A DNA stretch of 55,563 bases, filler included, from Bipalium vagum (GCA_037834085.1; 3 parts of 3 records of this genome joined end to end with filler, not necessarily neighbours in it), one strand, 5' to 3'; counted from the whole stretch's first letter, positions 39,243 to 52,735 are shown. Numbers and translations are program-made. Notes: generated by a model not told the origin, from the sequence alone.

Positions 39243-41082
39243 TATTTTGAAAATTAATATTTATAAATTATTAATTTGTTTTGAAATTTATTTTACATTT
39301 AAAATTTATTTTAAAATATTTTGCAAAAAATATTTCATAACTCCTTTTGAATTTTAATATTTTAACATTACCTTTATCATCTTTTGAAATATGTTCCTTA
39401 ATATTAATATTTTATTTAATTATTCTTTTCGTCAAAAACGGTTGACTACAGATATACCCTCCTTAAAAGTTTCTTCACAAATTATGAAAAACTGTCTTTT
39501 CCATATTTATCTTTATTCATAAATTGAATTTTTTGGCATTCATTAAAGTAAAAAATTTTAATTTTTAATTAAATGACATCACAAGATAAAACCACTTTAT
39601 CTTGAGAACACTGATTTGGTGATCGTTATGCAATTTAAGCCAATTTAAACAAAAAAGTCAAAACATCTTACCCGTGGCATAGTTTTCGAAAATAACGACT
39701 TGTTAAATGTTTCATTTGACAAAAATAAAATGTTCAAATGGCAAATGATAAAAATAAAAAGCTGAGATTTTTAAGACACAAAATGAGTTCATTTTACAAA
39801 CTCTCGTCATGACATTTTGTTGTAGTCAATGGTGAAGGTAACAAGATATCATAGAAACAAGTCATAAAATCATGCGGACTCTATGGAAAAAGATACAGAA
39901 AATAATAAATAATTCGTTATACTTAAGTAATTTGCAAATGATACCCGTAAATTCTGAGCGGAATATTCAGTTCTTGATACACAATACTCTTTTTGAGACT
40001 TATTTTCCGATTACTTTTCCCTAAAGAATATTAGAAAAATTAATTATTTTTTAATATTTTAATAGTTTTATTAATTTCTATTCCGTAGGTTTTGTCTATT
40101 CAATTGATTAGAAATATCTTAAGTTTGCTGAGATTTCTTAGGTGACCTCTGAAGATTTTGCACAGTTCCTTTCGGTAGTGTTGTTTTACCGTTTATATTA
40201 CAACTATTTGTCCAATTATCGTTGACTCATACCAATCCATTTACAACAATCAAACTAATGAGCTTATAGAGCTGGTAATTAGATCAATGTTTCCTATCAA
40301 TAGTTTATTGTTTATCTCAGTGTCTAAGGTTTTCTAACAATATATATAATTTCATGATTTGCTTAATGTTATTGTTTATTTTCTCTTATTTTGAGGTTAA
40401 GATTTTTAAAAATATGTCTATGAGGAGGCTAATCAGACCTGGGGAATTTTTTAATTATTTTTAATTACAATTAATTAACAATGTCCACTAAATTAAATTG
40501 AAGATTTTGTGTGAACTCTGAGTACATATATTTTTCAACTTTTTCCTCGTAAAAGAACGCCTTAAATATGTCTTGTAATTGCAATTGAAGATAACTTTTT
40601 TTTAAAAACCTAACTCAAATCAGTCTTGAACACGGCCTTTCTAGTCAAACTAAATATTTCATATTCACTTTATTCGTAGTAAAGATTTTTTTATGAAAAG
40701 AAAAACCATACTTCTTTTAGTATTCGATTCATTTCGATTGGAAATATTCCATTTTGTTCCACCACGGGGTCCCGACGACTGAATCTGATTTTTCGGATAT
40801 TTCCTTTTTCCTATTTCATATGATCTTAATGTTGAAATCATATTAATTTGATCGAATCTTTGATCGAATCCCATTAACTATTTGATTTTATGGAACTTTT
40901 TTATAAGATTTTCCTTGAGAGACATTTTATTATTGATAATCGATTTATTTCAATTAATAAATTATTGATTTTCTTTTCATATGTTATTATAAGAAATAAA
41001 TTAGACAAATAATGTAATTATATTTAAGTTACAAAAATATGTTAAAGCAATAAAGTAAAGCTTTGTAAATTATCTAAGTCCT

Positions 41083-42054
41083 TTAATGTTTTGATTTTCC
41101 TGGAAAAGGAACATGGAGAGTTCTTTCAAAGTCTATGGGTGTCGAGATTTCTGGTTTGATCGTCTGATTTGTCTTGGACCATCCCTTGAAGAGCAGACTG
41201 GATAGCGATCGGCTCGTTTCACCCATCTTCTTCTTATTCATAATCCATGGCAAGGCTTGAGTATCAAACGAAGAGTTACTTCCTCTGCGAGGATAGTTCT
41301 GATTGTTGAGGCTTATATAATCCAGTAGACAATGCAACTTGTTTGCAAACTCTTCTGCTTTCTGCTCTGACACGAAATACAAGCCAAACACTCGACTCAA
41401 ACCTGTTTTTCCACATAATAACAAATACTTGACACAGGGTCGAATAGAATGTAGTCTTGAATCGCATGTAAGATGTTCTCGAAAATACAGCTGACAATTA
41501 TCAGGATTGACGAGACACAAGTGGGCTTTAATGGAATGTTTGTGTTTCTCAAATTGCACAAACAGAACCCCATCTCCCATCTTTTTCCAATCCAAAACTC
41601 GGTTGCAGGCTTCCCGTAATCCCAATTCATAGATATCATTGATCCTATACAACCGACAGGCGGTTTTACAAATCACTACCGATGTGGAAAGAGAAGAGAA
41701 AAAGATATTGATGGTTTTCAACTGGTTTATTGACAATTCCGAATTATCAAACCTGGTTTCTGTGCCATCTATCGTTTTGTCAAAAGAAATGGCACTAATA
41801 TCGCTGACGGAGGAGCTGGTTCGAGAACAGTATCCAGACACGTTGCAACAATCGGAACATTTCGATATCGGGGGAATTTCCAAATTGAATGAGTTCTCGG
41901 TGCAGACATTGGTCGAAAACATGTTGTAGAAGTTGCTGTTATCATCGAGGAAACACTCCAACTTGTAATGGATATCATTCGGAGACGCTGAAGAGACATC
42001 GAAGTCGGATTTCCATCGGTATTTCAGTTTGTCGACGACATTCAGGCTACCCAT
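41083..42054 (-). CDS. Intronless WH1/EVH1-like (PH-fold) + C-terminal CRIB-like protein, MESR3-like, 323 aa
   Basis: Long GC-enriched ORF. Ser/Cys-rich N-terminus, then INIFFSSLSTSVVICKTACRLY..WKKMGDGVLF..VFGLYFVSEQKAEEFANKL (WH1-like), then EISTPIDFERTLHV (CRIB consensus ISxPxxFxHxxHV). An in-frame TGA two codons upstream fixes the ATG. Confidence 0.75.
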   Translation of the reverse strand: MGSLNVVDKLKYRWKSDFDVSSASPNDIHYKLECFLDDNSNFYNMFSTNVCTENSFNLEIPPISKCSDCCNVSGYCSRTSSSVSDISAISFDKTIDGTETRFDNSELSINQLKTINIFFSSLSTSVVICKTACRLYRINDIYELGLREACNRVLDWKKMGDGVLFVQFEKHKHSIKAHLCLVNPDNCQLYFREHLTCDSRLHSIRPCVKYLLLCGKTGLSRVFGLYFVSEQKAEEFANKLHCLLDYISLNNQNYPRRGSNSSFDTQALPWIMNKKKMGETSRSLSSLLFKGWSKTNQTIKPEISTPIDFERTLHVPFPGKSKH

Positions 42055-44331
42055 CGATCAGGAACTATGAAAAGAAATTTTTTCAACGAAAAATTATTGA
42101 TAAAATTAATTAATGTAAGATTAATGCTTGTATGACATAATAGCGTATTGTGATAGTGATTGGTATTTACGGGTTCCGTTATGTAATTCACATAAAAATG
42201 ATACAAAACATTTACATTGACATTACTTAGCACACTTTAGTGCGGTCTTAAAAGAATTTGTCAATGTCTTAAAAAGTATGTTACAAGTTTCACTTGCCCA
42301 CATTTGCAGTTCGAGATCAAATTCCTACAAGATTTGTGTACATAGTGCAAGAAAAATTATTTTTTTCATATTATTATTTATTTATATTTTACTGTTGCTC
42401 ATCTATTGCAAATTTTATTGATTACTATGGGTAATAATCAATAAAATTTTAAAGAAAATAAGTTATTTTTGCTACCTTCTTGGGTGTCATTTGTTTGTTT
42501 TAAATGGCATTTTAATTGAAAAGATTTTTACCTTGGTTATTTGTTTTTCCTTAAGCCATTCTGGTGATGATAATATTTGATTAGTTTATTTATTTTAATT
42601 AATTTTACATAATATATTTCATTCAGAGGGTCTCATTTGTTTTATTTCACTTTTTATGATTCAAATTTTGAATTATATGTAAAATTTGCAATACTTTTAC
42701 ATTAAAATAGTATAAAAAGGTCGTTTAAAAATTGGATAACTACTGACCAGAACACTTTACTTTTAACTCAGGTATATAAAAAATATGTTGGTGATGTCAA
42801 ACTTTGCTTGTCGTACTTAAAGAATTTTTTAGATTTTTCAGCCATAAGACCAAGACTATACTTAATGATTAGAAGTAAGTTGGTTTTCTTTTTTATAAAT
42901 CAAAAAATTAAATAGTGATATTAAAAAGAAATCAAACCAATTTGAGAAGAAAACTAAAACTTGGTTCTGAGTTATTTTGTAATGAAAAAGATTTCTCAAC
43001 AGAAGTTGTTGGAAAAAATGATTGCAGTTTTAATTGCAAGATTCTAGCAAAATGTATTTTGTGTTTAAATAACTTATTTAAAGGATACCTTCAGTAAAGT
43101 TTTCCGTTCAACGAAGTATGCATATCTTAATGGATCAAGTTACTCTTGCAGTTCTGTTAAAATAGTGAAAATTGTTTAATTTTAAATTCTAATTATGATA
43201 TTAATTTTCGTTGTTTAAATGAATAAATTTAATCAGAAATAACTTGATAATTTAAATCAAATTGGTAATATTCTTTGTCTCTTATTATTTAGCTACTTAA
43301 CATTTTCATTATTTATAATCTTACACAAGAAAGCATGGATAACATTTGAGATAACATATCAAGATTAAAATTATTTGTTAATTAAATATGAAATCATAAA
43401 AACTACATTTTCTATAATATTGTCGAAATAATTACATTTATTTTAAAGCCTACTTGAAGTATACTTATTAATAGTAAAGTAAAATAAATCTTTAAAAACC
43501 TAGATAGATAAGTTATGACATCAATTACGAGTTATTATTATTGAATAACTATGTCTGTTATTATGATGTATATATGTCTGCCCTTCAACAATTTTATCGA
43601 AACCCGTACCTTCTTTTCGTCTTGATTCTCAAATTTAATGTTTCTTAGATATGTAAGTTAAGCAGATAAAGCATATGGGACGAGATTATTAATATAATGA
43701 TGATAGCACAGAAGACCCAATCCATAATATTCGATCATGTAATAAGGTACTGCATTCCTATGAATGACCATTTTATTATGGAAAAACTATAACTTAGTAT
43801 TTTTAAATTTTCTTATTGTCCTTGTCTTATTGATCAATTCAAGTCTGTCATCATAATCACTAATTAATGCTCCAATGTGATCCGAATAAAGGACTGAATA
43901 TTTCAACTTTCAGAATTTTGAACAGGAATTACCAGATTTCACTTTCCTAGGACTTGTGTTTATAAATTTATTAATTCGTTTCTTCCATAATTTTTGTATT
44001 GTAGAAGAACCTTTAAAAACATTCAACTTTGATTGACTTTAGATTATATAAGACTAAAAGGAATTTTACTAAAAACCTAAGACAACACTCGAACACAATT
44101 TTAAATACCACAAATCTCTAAAATATTGGGTTGTTAAGTTAGAAATACATGTTACAATGAATAACATTATTGATTGACTAAACGACAAAAAATCCGACCA
44201 TTTTTACTTTAGTTTTGTATATTTGTCTCATTTATAATATTTTATTAATATTATCTTTCATTTCATTCACTTTTAGTTGGAAAGTGAACTTAGAAATATG
44301 TATGATTAAAAATACAAAACTGGCATTTGTA

Positions 44332-45264
44332 CAGGGTGTCACATAAGTCCCCGCGGAAAGTAAACTTAAATATTTCTTAAGCAGATTGAGATATTATATC
44401 GCTTGCTTTATAAAATTAAAGAAAAATCTTTTAATTTTTATTTCATATAAAAATATTTACAACAATTGTTCGAAATGACCACCATTAACTGATATACATA
44501 AATTCATCCTTTTTACAATATTTAAAAATACGCTATTCAAAGTTTCTGTGGTAACAAATTTTATTTCTTCGGTGATAATTGTTTTCAAATCGACAATATT
44601 TTTGATTTTAGATTTGTATATCTTATTCTTTAAATGGCCCCATAAATAGAAGTCAAAAGGAGTTAAATCTGGTGAACGTGGAGAACATCGAATTGAACTA
44701 CCTCTTACAATCCACCTGTTCGGAAAATGATCGTCAAGATACCGTAGTACATTGGTTGAAAAATGCGCAGGAGCGTGAAATGGATTTTAAAAGGTTTCAA
44801 TGATAACTGTTCTCTTATAATTCGATGAGCTGTTGTTCGCGAGGTGGTGCAGGTGGTTGCAACAGACCACTGCATTGTGGTTCACTTTCAATAACTTCAC
44901 TCATTTTTGAACTTCATTCTCAGTGATCAGCCTTGGTCTTCCAGAACGTTCACGATCTTCCACTGAGCCAATCTCGGAAAAACGATGAAAAGTCTCTCTT
45001 ATAGCACTTTCTCTTTTTGAGGTTTTCCCTAATTCAGAATTTAATTTCCGTTTAACAACACAAATTGAGTTGAATTTGGCCATTAAAAATAAAATTTTGA
45101 TTCTTAACTTCAAATCAAGCGGCATTTGCTAAATCTAATTTTAAAATATTAAAACAAGACTTAGACTTACATACTTTAATATTATAGAAATAGAAATTTC
45201 AATCGATTGAATTTAATGAAAGATATTTAAGTTTACTTTCCACGGGGACTTATCGGACACTCTG
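44332..45264 (-). mobile_element. Internally deleted Tc1/Tc3-related (DUF4817 HTH type) element, 933 bp, ~45-bp TIRs, TA TSD
   Basis: TA|CAGGGTGTCACATAAGTCCCCGCGGAAAGTAAACTTAAATAT versus ATATTTAAGTTTACTTTCCACGGGGACTTATCGGACACTCTG|TA. HTH ORF 44901-45125 (GSVEDRERSGRP). APAHFS..FPNRWI..PRSPDLTPFDFYLWGHLK. The central catalytic region is missing. Confidence 0.92.
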
Positions 45265-45379
45265 TATGTAAAGTGAAATTTCGTTAATTCGAACTCGGTT
45301 AATTCACAAACTATCTTAATTTGAAAGTGGTTCTAAGTTCCAAGCTTAGTGATATTGTCATTAATAATAATAAATTCAG

Positions 45380-46260
45380 AATGCAGTCCATCTTGAAGCA
45401 CTGAAAGTCAGAACATATAATTAACTTTTTTCCCGAATTTAGAAAAAGAAATTTCGATTTAGATGTCCTTCCAGATGTACTGTTTAAATCAATAATGACT
45501 AGCTAAAGCAATTATTTGAGGAAGATCTACAAAAAACATTGTCTGATATGGGAAGTATAAAGAACTTGGATGCAGTGACAATATCATATCATCTAAAGGT
45601 AAAACTAAAAATTTGTATATCACTGCTTTTAATCAAAACGTTTCATTTTTTTGATCAGATTGTTACTGGGGATGATAAATGTGTTGCATATGATAATTTT
45701 AAGTACCAAAAAAAAATTTTATTTATGGCCAACTCTCAGTATCAAAGTCCAATTTTGTAGGAAAGAAACTGTTTTGTGAATTTGATAGTGCTATCCATTG
45801 TGAACTGCTAAAACTTGTCCGAACTGTCAAAACACGACTCATTTGTGATCAAATTAGCCGTTTCCAAGAAAACTTCACAGAAAAATTAATGATATTTACA
45901 ACCAGAATATGGGTATCTTGCAGAATGATGACACATCACGTTACCAAAATATTATAATAAAAAAATAGGCAAATAAAATTGGAAATTCATCACCACGATT
46001 TTCCTCACCTCATCCACCGTACAACATTGCTGTTGCACCTTCTGATTATTATCTTTTCAGATCGATGTAATACTACTTAGTTTGCAAAGATTTTATTTTT
46101 TTGAGATGTCTTAAAGACCCTCGATTACTTTTTTAACAGTAAAGCCACACCATTTCTAAATGATAAATAGAAAATATTATTTTTTAGTGATTGGCTATTA
46201 TAATAAATAAAATCGTTTCTGTCTCTTGCATTTCTTAATTTTAAAATTTTTATAAAAAAC
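45380..46260 (+). mobile_element. Degenerate mariner
   Basis: FFDQIVTGDDKCVAYDN and HPPYNIAVAPSDYYLFRSM. Confidence 0.8.
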
Positions 46261-49200
46261 CAAAACTATGAAGTGATCGAATATTTGAAGAGTCAAAATA
46301 AATGAAACGAAAATTGAACATAAACAAAAGAAACCTCGTAAACGTTAATAACTAATTAGTTAACTCTTAAAAATTTCTACCACTTTTATATTAATCAACT
46401 CATGAAAATCTTTCTCTGAATCTTACTGCTTGTAGTATCATGTAAGACGTGAGTCAAAAACTTTTATTTCAATAGCGCCAAAATAGGTTTCACCAAACTG
46501 TTCAAAAATGGTCAATAGCTTTCAACAAATGATCACTATATCTCAACTTTCGAGAACCGAAACGAAGTAGAACTCTTCCTACTAATCGATCCACTCAATG
46601 AAATATCAATTCAAGATGAAACAAAAGAAGAAAAAAAAATTTCTTAACTTTAGTTCTTGTCACTTTGACAGTGTAAAATATTTCCTAAAATATGCTTAAT
46701 TTAAATTATTAATAGAATTATTATTTCGGATTCTCAATTAGTGACCATCGGCCTTTAATTCAAAAACAACAAAATTCGTCAGAAATTATATTGATTAATG
46801 TTATTCATTCTTTGAAAAGATTAATTAACAAATAATAATGAAACCTTATAATAAATGTTAATATTATTCTTTTGATTAACAGAAAAATGTCATAACTCAT
46901 AATTTAAATCCGAAGTTACAGTACCCGACCATTGAAATAGAATCAAAGAAATAACAACGTTTTTTTATCATTAAGTTAATTCATGATTTTACTACGAAAT
47001 TATTCAACCGATATTTCTAGAATTATTATCGATTTTTCATTCTCCCTTATTATCTTATTATGTTGACTGGTTTGGATTCAAAAAAAAAGTTAATGAGCCC
47101 GCTATAAATAATATAATACTAATTATAAATGTATAATGTAATGTAGTAAAATAATAATTAAATAATATAATATTTAATAATTTAAAAAATCGAAATTTAA
47201 TTCAGATTTCTGATCCAATAGAATTCGATTTAAAGGAAAGAGAAATATTTGATCTTATTTATTTTAGTATTTTCACAATATAAATTTAAAAAGTCAATTT
47301 TTGTTTTTCAATATTGATTTTATTGAATTTTCGTCAATATTTTTAAAAATATTTTCTGACAGTAGCTCTTTATAATAAATGAATAAATAATATTAAATAA
47401 TGTGAAAAAATTAGCGTGACATTAACACTTAATAAAAGGTCATCTTTTTTGAATGACCTTACAGAATATGACGTCTTTTTTCTGTAAATATATATTACAA
47501 ATAGTTAAAAATTTCTTAATTATGGCGATGCTTGAATCACAAAAATCTTTAAATACATTAGTGTTCGATTAAACTGCAACTTAGAAAAAAAAGAAAAATC
47601 CTGGGTTTTTTCATAAGATAGAATCTGGTCGATAAAAAGACTAAGTATTTGTCAATACCAATAAATCATGACAATACTTGACTAAGATTCAACTCCATTA
47701 AATAGACTTTTGGCCTAACCTTCATTAGTTTCAGGACAATTAACTTATCTTTTAATTGTGCCTTCTTTGTCCACAAAATAAGACAATTACTTATTTAATT
47801 AACTTTATATATGCTCTTAACCAGGAATAACGTAAATTCATGAGCGATTTTCTATTCTTTCTATTTTCATCATTCAATAAATAATTTTAAATAATTCTCT
47901 TGTTTAAACATAGTAATGTAAATAAACGCTATTTGAACATTTCATTATTTATTTAATGGTTAACCATTAAATTTAGAAATTATTAATGTTTTGTATAATT
48001 TTTTACTCTAATTATGTCCTGATTTTCAGATCACAAATTATAGCTTTCTTAAGTATTCACCAAAAGTATTCACATATTATTAATCGAAAAAAGACTCCAA
48101 ATTTTTTCTACTCATTTAAATTTATACAAAAAAGGTCAAATTTATAGTTATGATAAAGTTCAACACATTGACTACCGGCCCAATTATTGATCGTATTATT
48201 CAGTTGAAGCTAACCATATGTATGTTTGAGGTAGCAAATAACTATTATTAATAGATCAAAATGAATTTTCTGAGACGCCGAATCAAATATGTAACGCTAT
48301 AAAGATGTGAACTAGCGCCGTTTGTTGACGTTTTACACCGTTCGCTTTCAGGTCCTAATATTGGAATAATAACAAAATTAATCTTAAAATGCACTACAGA
48401 AATAATGACATGCAATATGTTATCTAAATTCAAAAAAATTTCCAGTCAAGTCGTAATTTTACGATTTTAATATATTTTTTTAAATGGTTACAATATTTTC
48501 GTTACTCAAAATAGGTTTCACCGAATATATATCATGGAATTAGAAATAACCTAATTCCCAAAAAAATTCTGGCTCATTTCAGATCTTTAAGGAAATATAA
48601 GTCATTGCAATGAATAGAAATAATGAATTTTTTCCGTTTAAGAGTAATATTATAACTTGAAATAATTAAATTCCGCGAAGTCACTTCGAATCTTCTCAAA
48701 TAAAATTATTTCTACAGAAGATAATATATTATAATTTTTTCATAAATGTATGTTAATACGTTTTATATCGGTTTATAATTTTTGAAATGAGGAAATTCTT
48801 TTACTTATTTTTTGCAATTACATTTTTAAAGTTCTAAATATCAAATTGTTAGATAAAAGTTTAAATATTATTTGTTAAGTAAAATATTAAATAAAAAATG
48901 ATTAATTACGACTAATGTTTTAATTATATATTTCATAAAAAAAGAATTAAAATAAATCTACAGGATACAAATAGTGATCGTTTTAAATCCGTTAAAAGTG
49001 AAGATTTTTTAATTTAATACTGATAGAATTTTTATCTTTCCAGTCGTTTAGAAGGCAATATTTGTAAGAAAAAACTTAGCTTAAATAACATATAAAAGCT
49101 TATTATATTCTTGAACACAAATTTTTATTCAATTAACTTTAACTGTGAGTGACAAAGACCGTTCAAAACGAATGTTAAAACCCAACAAGCCAAAAATATT

Positions 49201-49737
49201 AAATTAACAGTGTAAAAGTAATAATAATGTATTAATAGTACCTTGATTTCCTTAAAGATTCTTATTTGTAATACAATTATACAGATAACGAAAAGATATT
49301 AAATTGAAACCGACAGTAAATAAAGAGCACTTAACTAGGAAGAATTAAAATCAACTTAAACATTTAATTAGCTTGGTTAACCATAGAATTACTAAGAAAA
49401 AATTTATCTTAAACTATTCCGCAATTTGATAAGATTTAGAGGTAAAAATAAATTTACCATCCTCAAGCTATTTTACGAAACCCTTTCATTATTTAAATGT
49501 AATTAACTTACTAAAAACAGAACACTGTCAATCAATAATTTTATTATCCCTACATTAATAACGTTCAGCGATATTTCAAGCTTCGGAATAAATTAACATT
49601 GGATATTTAATTTCATTTAAATTAGAAATTAATATAATTATTTAAAAATAGAACTTGTGTTTGATTGAGGTCATTTTTTATTTGTGAAAAATTTAATTGT
49701 TGAGTTGATTTTTGTCCATCAAATTGATTTTTTATAA

Positions 49738-50508
49738 ATGGGAAGGCTGTTTTCATGGTCACAATTGGTCAAGCCCGCTGTCAATGGAGTCAAATGTAAC
49801 AAATTACCAACCAAAAGAAGCGGAAAACAACTCAAGGAATGTCTGTTACTCGACCAATTGCTCTGGTTACGAAACGTAAGTATTTGTTTTTTCTCAAAGA
49901 AGAAAATAGATTAATGGAAAAGACATGATTAAATACCATGACCAAGAAATGGTTCTCGTCATTAAATTGAGCTTAACTTTCAGAACAAAAAGACCCTGTC
50001 TCAGCCTCTGGAAAAGATCGACCAAAACTGGTACTGCCAAGTCATGAAGGGCGCAAAATATTCTCGGATTGGTGACAGCTTCATCGATCCAAATCTTGGA
50101 ATTAAATGCGTGAGGATCGATCGTCCAGACATGAGCCGATATGATTCTTTACCGCCTCAGCCTTTGTTGAGAACGAAACCGGTCCCGAAACGACAACCAG
50201 TGACGAAAGTGCAGCCGAGAATTGAAACGAGTTTACCCCGTTGCAATGGAACGTCAAAAGCCGTGTCACCGTCGTCCAGCGTCGATGGACGCCATTCTGC
50301 AGGGTCCAGCGAAACGGGATCGGTTCTCTCGGCAGCAGAAATTGTCAGGCAGTCGCAGCGGTTCTTGCCGAAGCTGGAAGCGTCACCGTTGCTCTTCTCA
50401 AACTCCATCTCGTTGTCTTCGTCATCGTCCATGATGCCTTTGTCGGCCGACAACATCGACGTGCTCAATTACGATTTCTCCTTCACTTCTCCTCCCATCA
50501 ACTCATGA
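49738..50508 (+). CDS. Uncharacterised protein of about 220 aa; exons 49738-49875 and 49984-50508; Pro/Ser-rich C-terminus
   Basis: An ATG-initiated 46-codon exon ends AAC|gtaagt. A 108-nt intron ends tttcag and joins in phase 0 to the GC-rich 50044-50508 ORF frame. AATAAA lies near 50605. Confidence 0.7.
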
Positions 50509-52612
50509 TTTCTTAGCTTTGGGAACGTTCTCTCTATAGATCTTGTCTTTCAGGGCCTCTGCAAAGCGCAGTTCTGCTCAGGTCCGATGTTATGATGTTG
50601 ATAAATAAATGAATTACTTGTCTGTTTGACCTCAATGTGATTTTGTTTTCATTACTGCTTTGTGTCGCACTCTGATTTCTTTTCAATAATTTTTTGTACA
50701 TAAAGTTTGTAGTTTTTAATCTGAAGTTACGTTTCGTAATTTTTTTAAGTGTTTCTTAATAAAAAATGAAATCATGATTCTTAAGTTATTAAAAATTTAT
50801 GAAAAATATGGAAGATTTATTGGTTAAGAATGGATTTAATAACATGAGATTTTGAGACAAAAGTATTTTGCTTCATTAACGGAGCTGAGTTTTCCGTTAC
50901 TTGAAAAATTTACCGTGTCTAACAATTTGATGCAGCATTGTGTGAAGTATAACATCCCAAAATAAGATTTCTTCGTTACTCCAGTCAAATTCCATTTTGT
51001 CAACAATTTTTTTCTAATCAAACCATTAAATCATAATCTTATTCTCAAACCTTTAAAAATCACTGAAAATGTTATCTTTACTGCTCATTGCGGAGACTCA
51101 AAAAGTTATTTTTGGTTTGTCGAATGTATTGAGGTTGGAAAATTTTTAAACTCCTGTTGATTTGGTCAAAATCTCTTAGTTCTATTAATTCCAAAATCAA
51201 AGCGAGACCTGTTGCTCTCTGAATTAATTTCAACAGTTTATTTGTACATGAAATCCGATTGTCTTTGTTTTTGTCTTTTTAAAATGTTTCTTATTTTAAA
51301 AAATGAATCCATGATAATTATTATTAAGTTTCTGTTGAAATTTTATGTTAAATATGAAAGTTTACTTTAGAAATTGATTTATTGATCACAAATCGATTCT
51401 AAATATTTTCCTGAGAAACTTCAAGTTTAAAATTTTCAAGAAAGATGCCAATATTCAACTTCATTAATTAACTTAAGAGGCCTTGTTATTTTGAATTGGA
51501 AAAGTTACAATGTTTGTCTAATAGATTGATATTGTACATTTTGTAAAGATTAGATTTCGACGAAAACAGTAAATCTGTTATTTACTGTACTCAAATTCCA
51601 TGTCGTCTGACAGGACAACAGAAAATAACTCAGATGGGTTCACTTTAGTTCCCATTAAATCATAATTTCTATCTTTAAGGATGATTTCAATAATGAATGA
51701 CTGTTTTCTCCAAAGATTTTCACTTTTATGAGATTCACTTCTCTTTAAAAATCTCAGAAATTACAGTTGTGCTTTATTGATTTACATGTTCCTACGGCGT
51801 TTATTACTCTACTTTCACTCAAGTTTATTTGTACATAAAATATGATTATGTAATGGTGTTGTATCAGTTTTTCTTGGCTTTTCTTAACTTGTTTCTTAAA
51901 AATCTATGATGAATGTTCTTAAAATCGCCATCTTTATCAAATAAGTTGGGATTAAGTGATTTAATATTAAAGATTAATCATTATGTATGTATTGATTTCA
52001 AATTGACTTTCTCCGGGGCTTATTACATTTTAAGTTATCAGAAGATTCGGAATCTGTCTCAATACTTGTTAAAAGTTAAAAGACCGTTATCGTTGGCAAT
52101 GTTAATCATAAAATTCCCAATTTCTGAAAATTGTGACACTTCATTTTAGGTAAAGTGCATCATGTACAGAATCTGAGTATTTTTGCAAACAAAAAATTTC
52201 AGTTTCGTATCAGTTTTTTGATTTTACATCAATAATTTTTACTCCATCCTTAATATCAATTTTAAATAATGACGACAGACCCCAGGATATCTCTTTTTTA
52301 TTTATGTAAAAAATGTTTAATTATTGTATCTTTGAATTTAAACGATTTTTTTTGTATACAAAAGGACAAGTTTCCTGCTATCATGACTCAGTAAAATTCC
52401 CTCTTCAAAAATTTTTTCATAAAATTCTCCTTAAAAAGATTTAGGAATGTAATTGTCTTTAAAAACAATTACATGTAAACTTGTATTTAACGAAATCCCT
52501 GAAATTTACGAACAAAATATGCATGTCCGCATTAGTGGTAGCTATATTTTTTTTATCAATGAACCCTGGTAATAATAACGAATAAATTTATTTTTTATGG
52601 GTTTTGTAAGTA

Positions 52613-52735
52613 CAGTGAAACCTCGTTAATTCGAAAACGGTTATAAGTACCAACAGACATTTAAATATAATAAACTCGGATAATTCATTACAAATTTTTT
52701 TGTCCAGCGCGTTTTGAATTAACGAGGTTTCTCTG
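52613..52735. mobile_element. 123-bp pogo/Tigger-type MITE
   Basis: TA|CAGTGAAACCTCGTTAATTCGAA ... TTTGAATTAACGAGGTTTCTCTG|TA. A related half copy lies at ~45270-45310. Confidence 0.9.

Noticed and set aside
41276-42113. Several overlapping alternate-frame and antisense ORFs (also 50157-50516)
   Set aside because: Expected shadows of GC-richer coding DNA.
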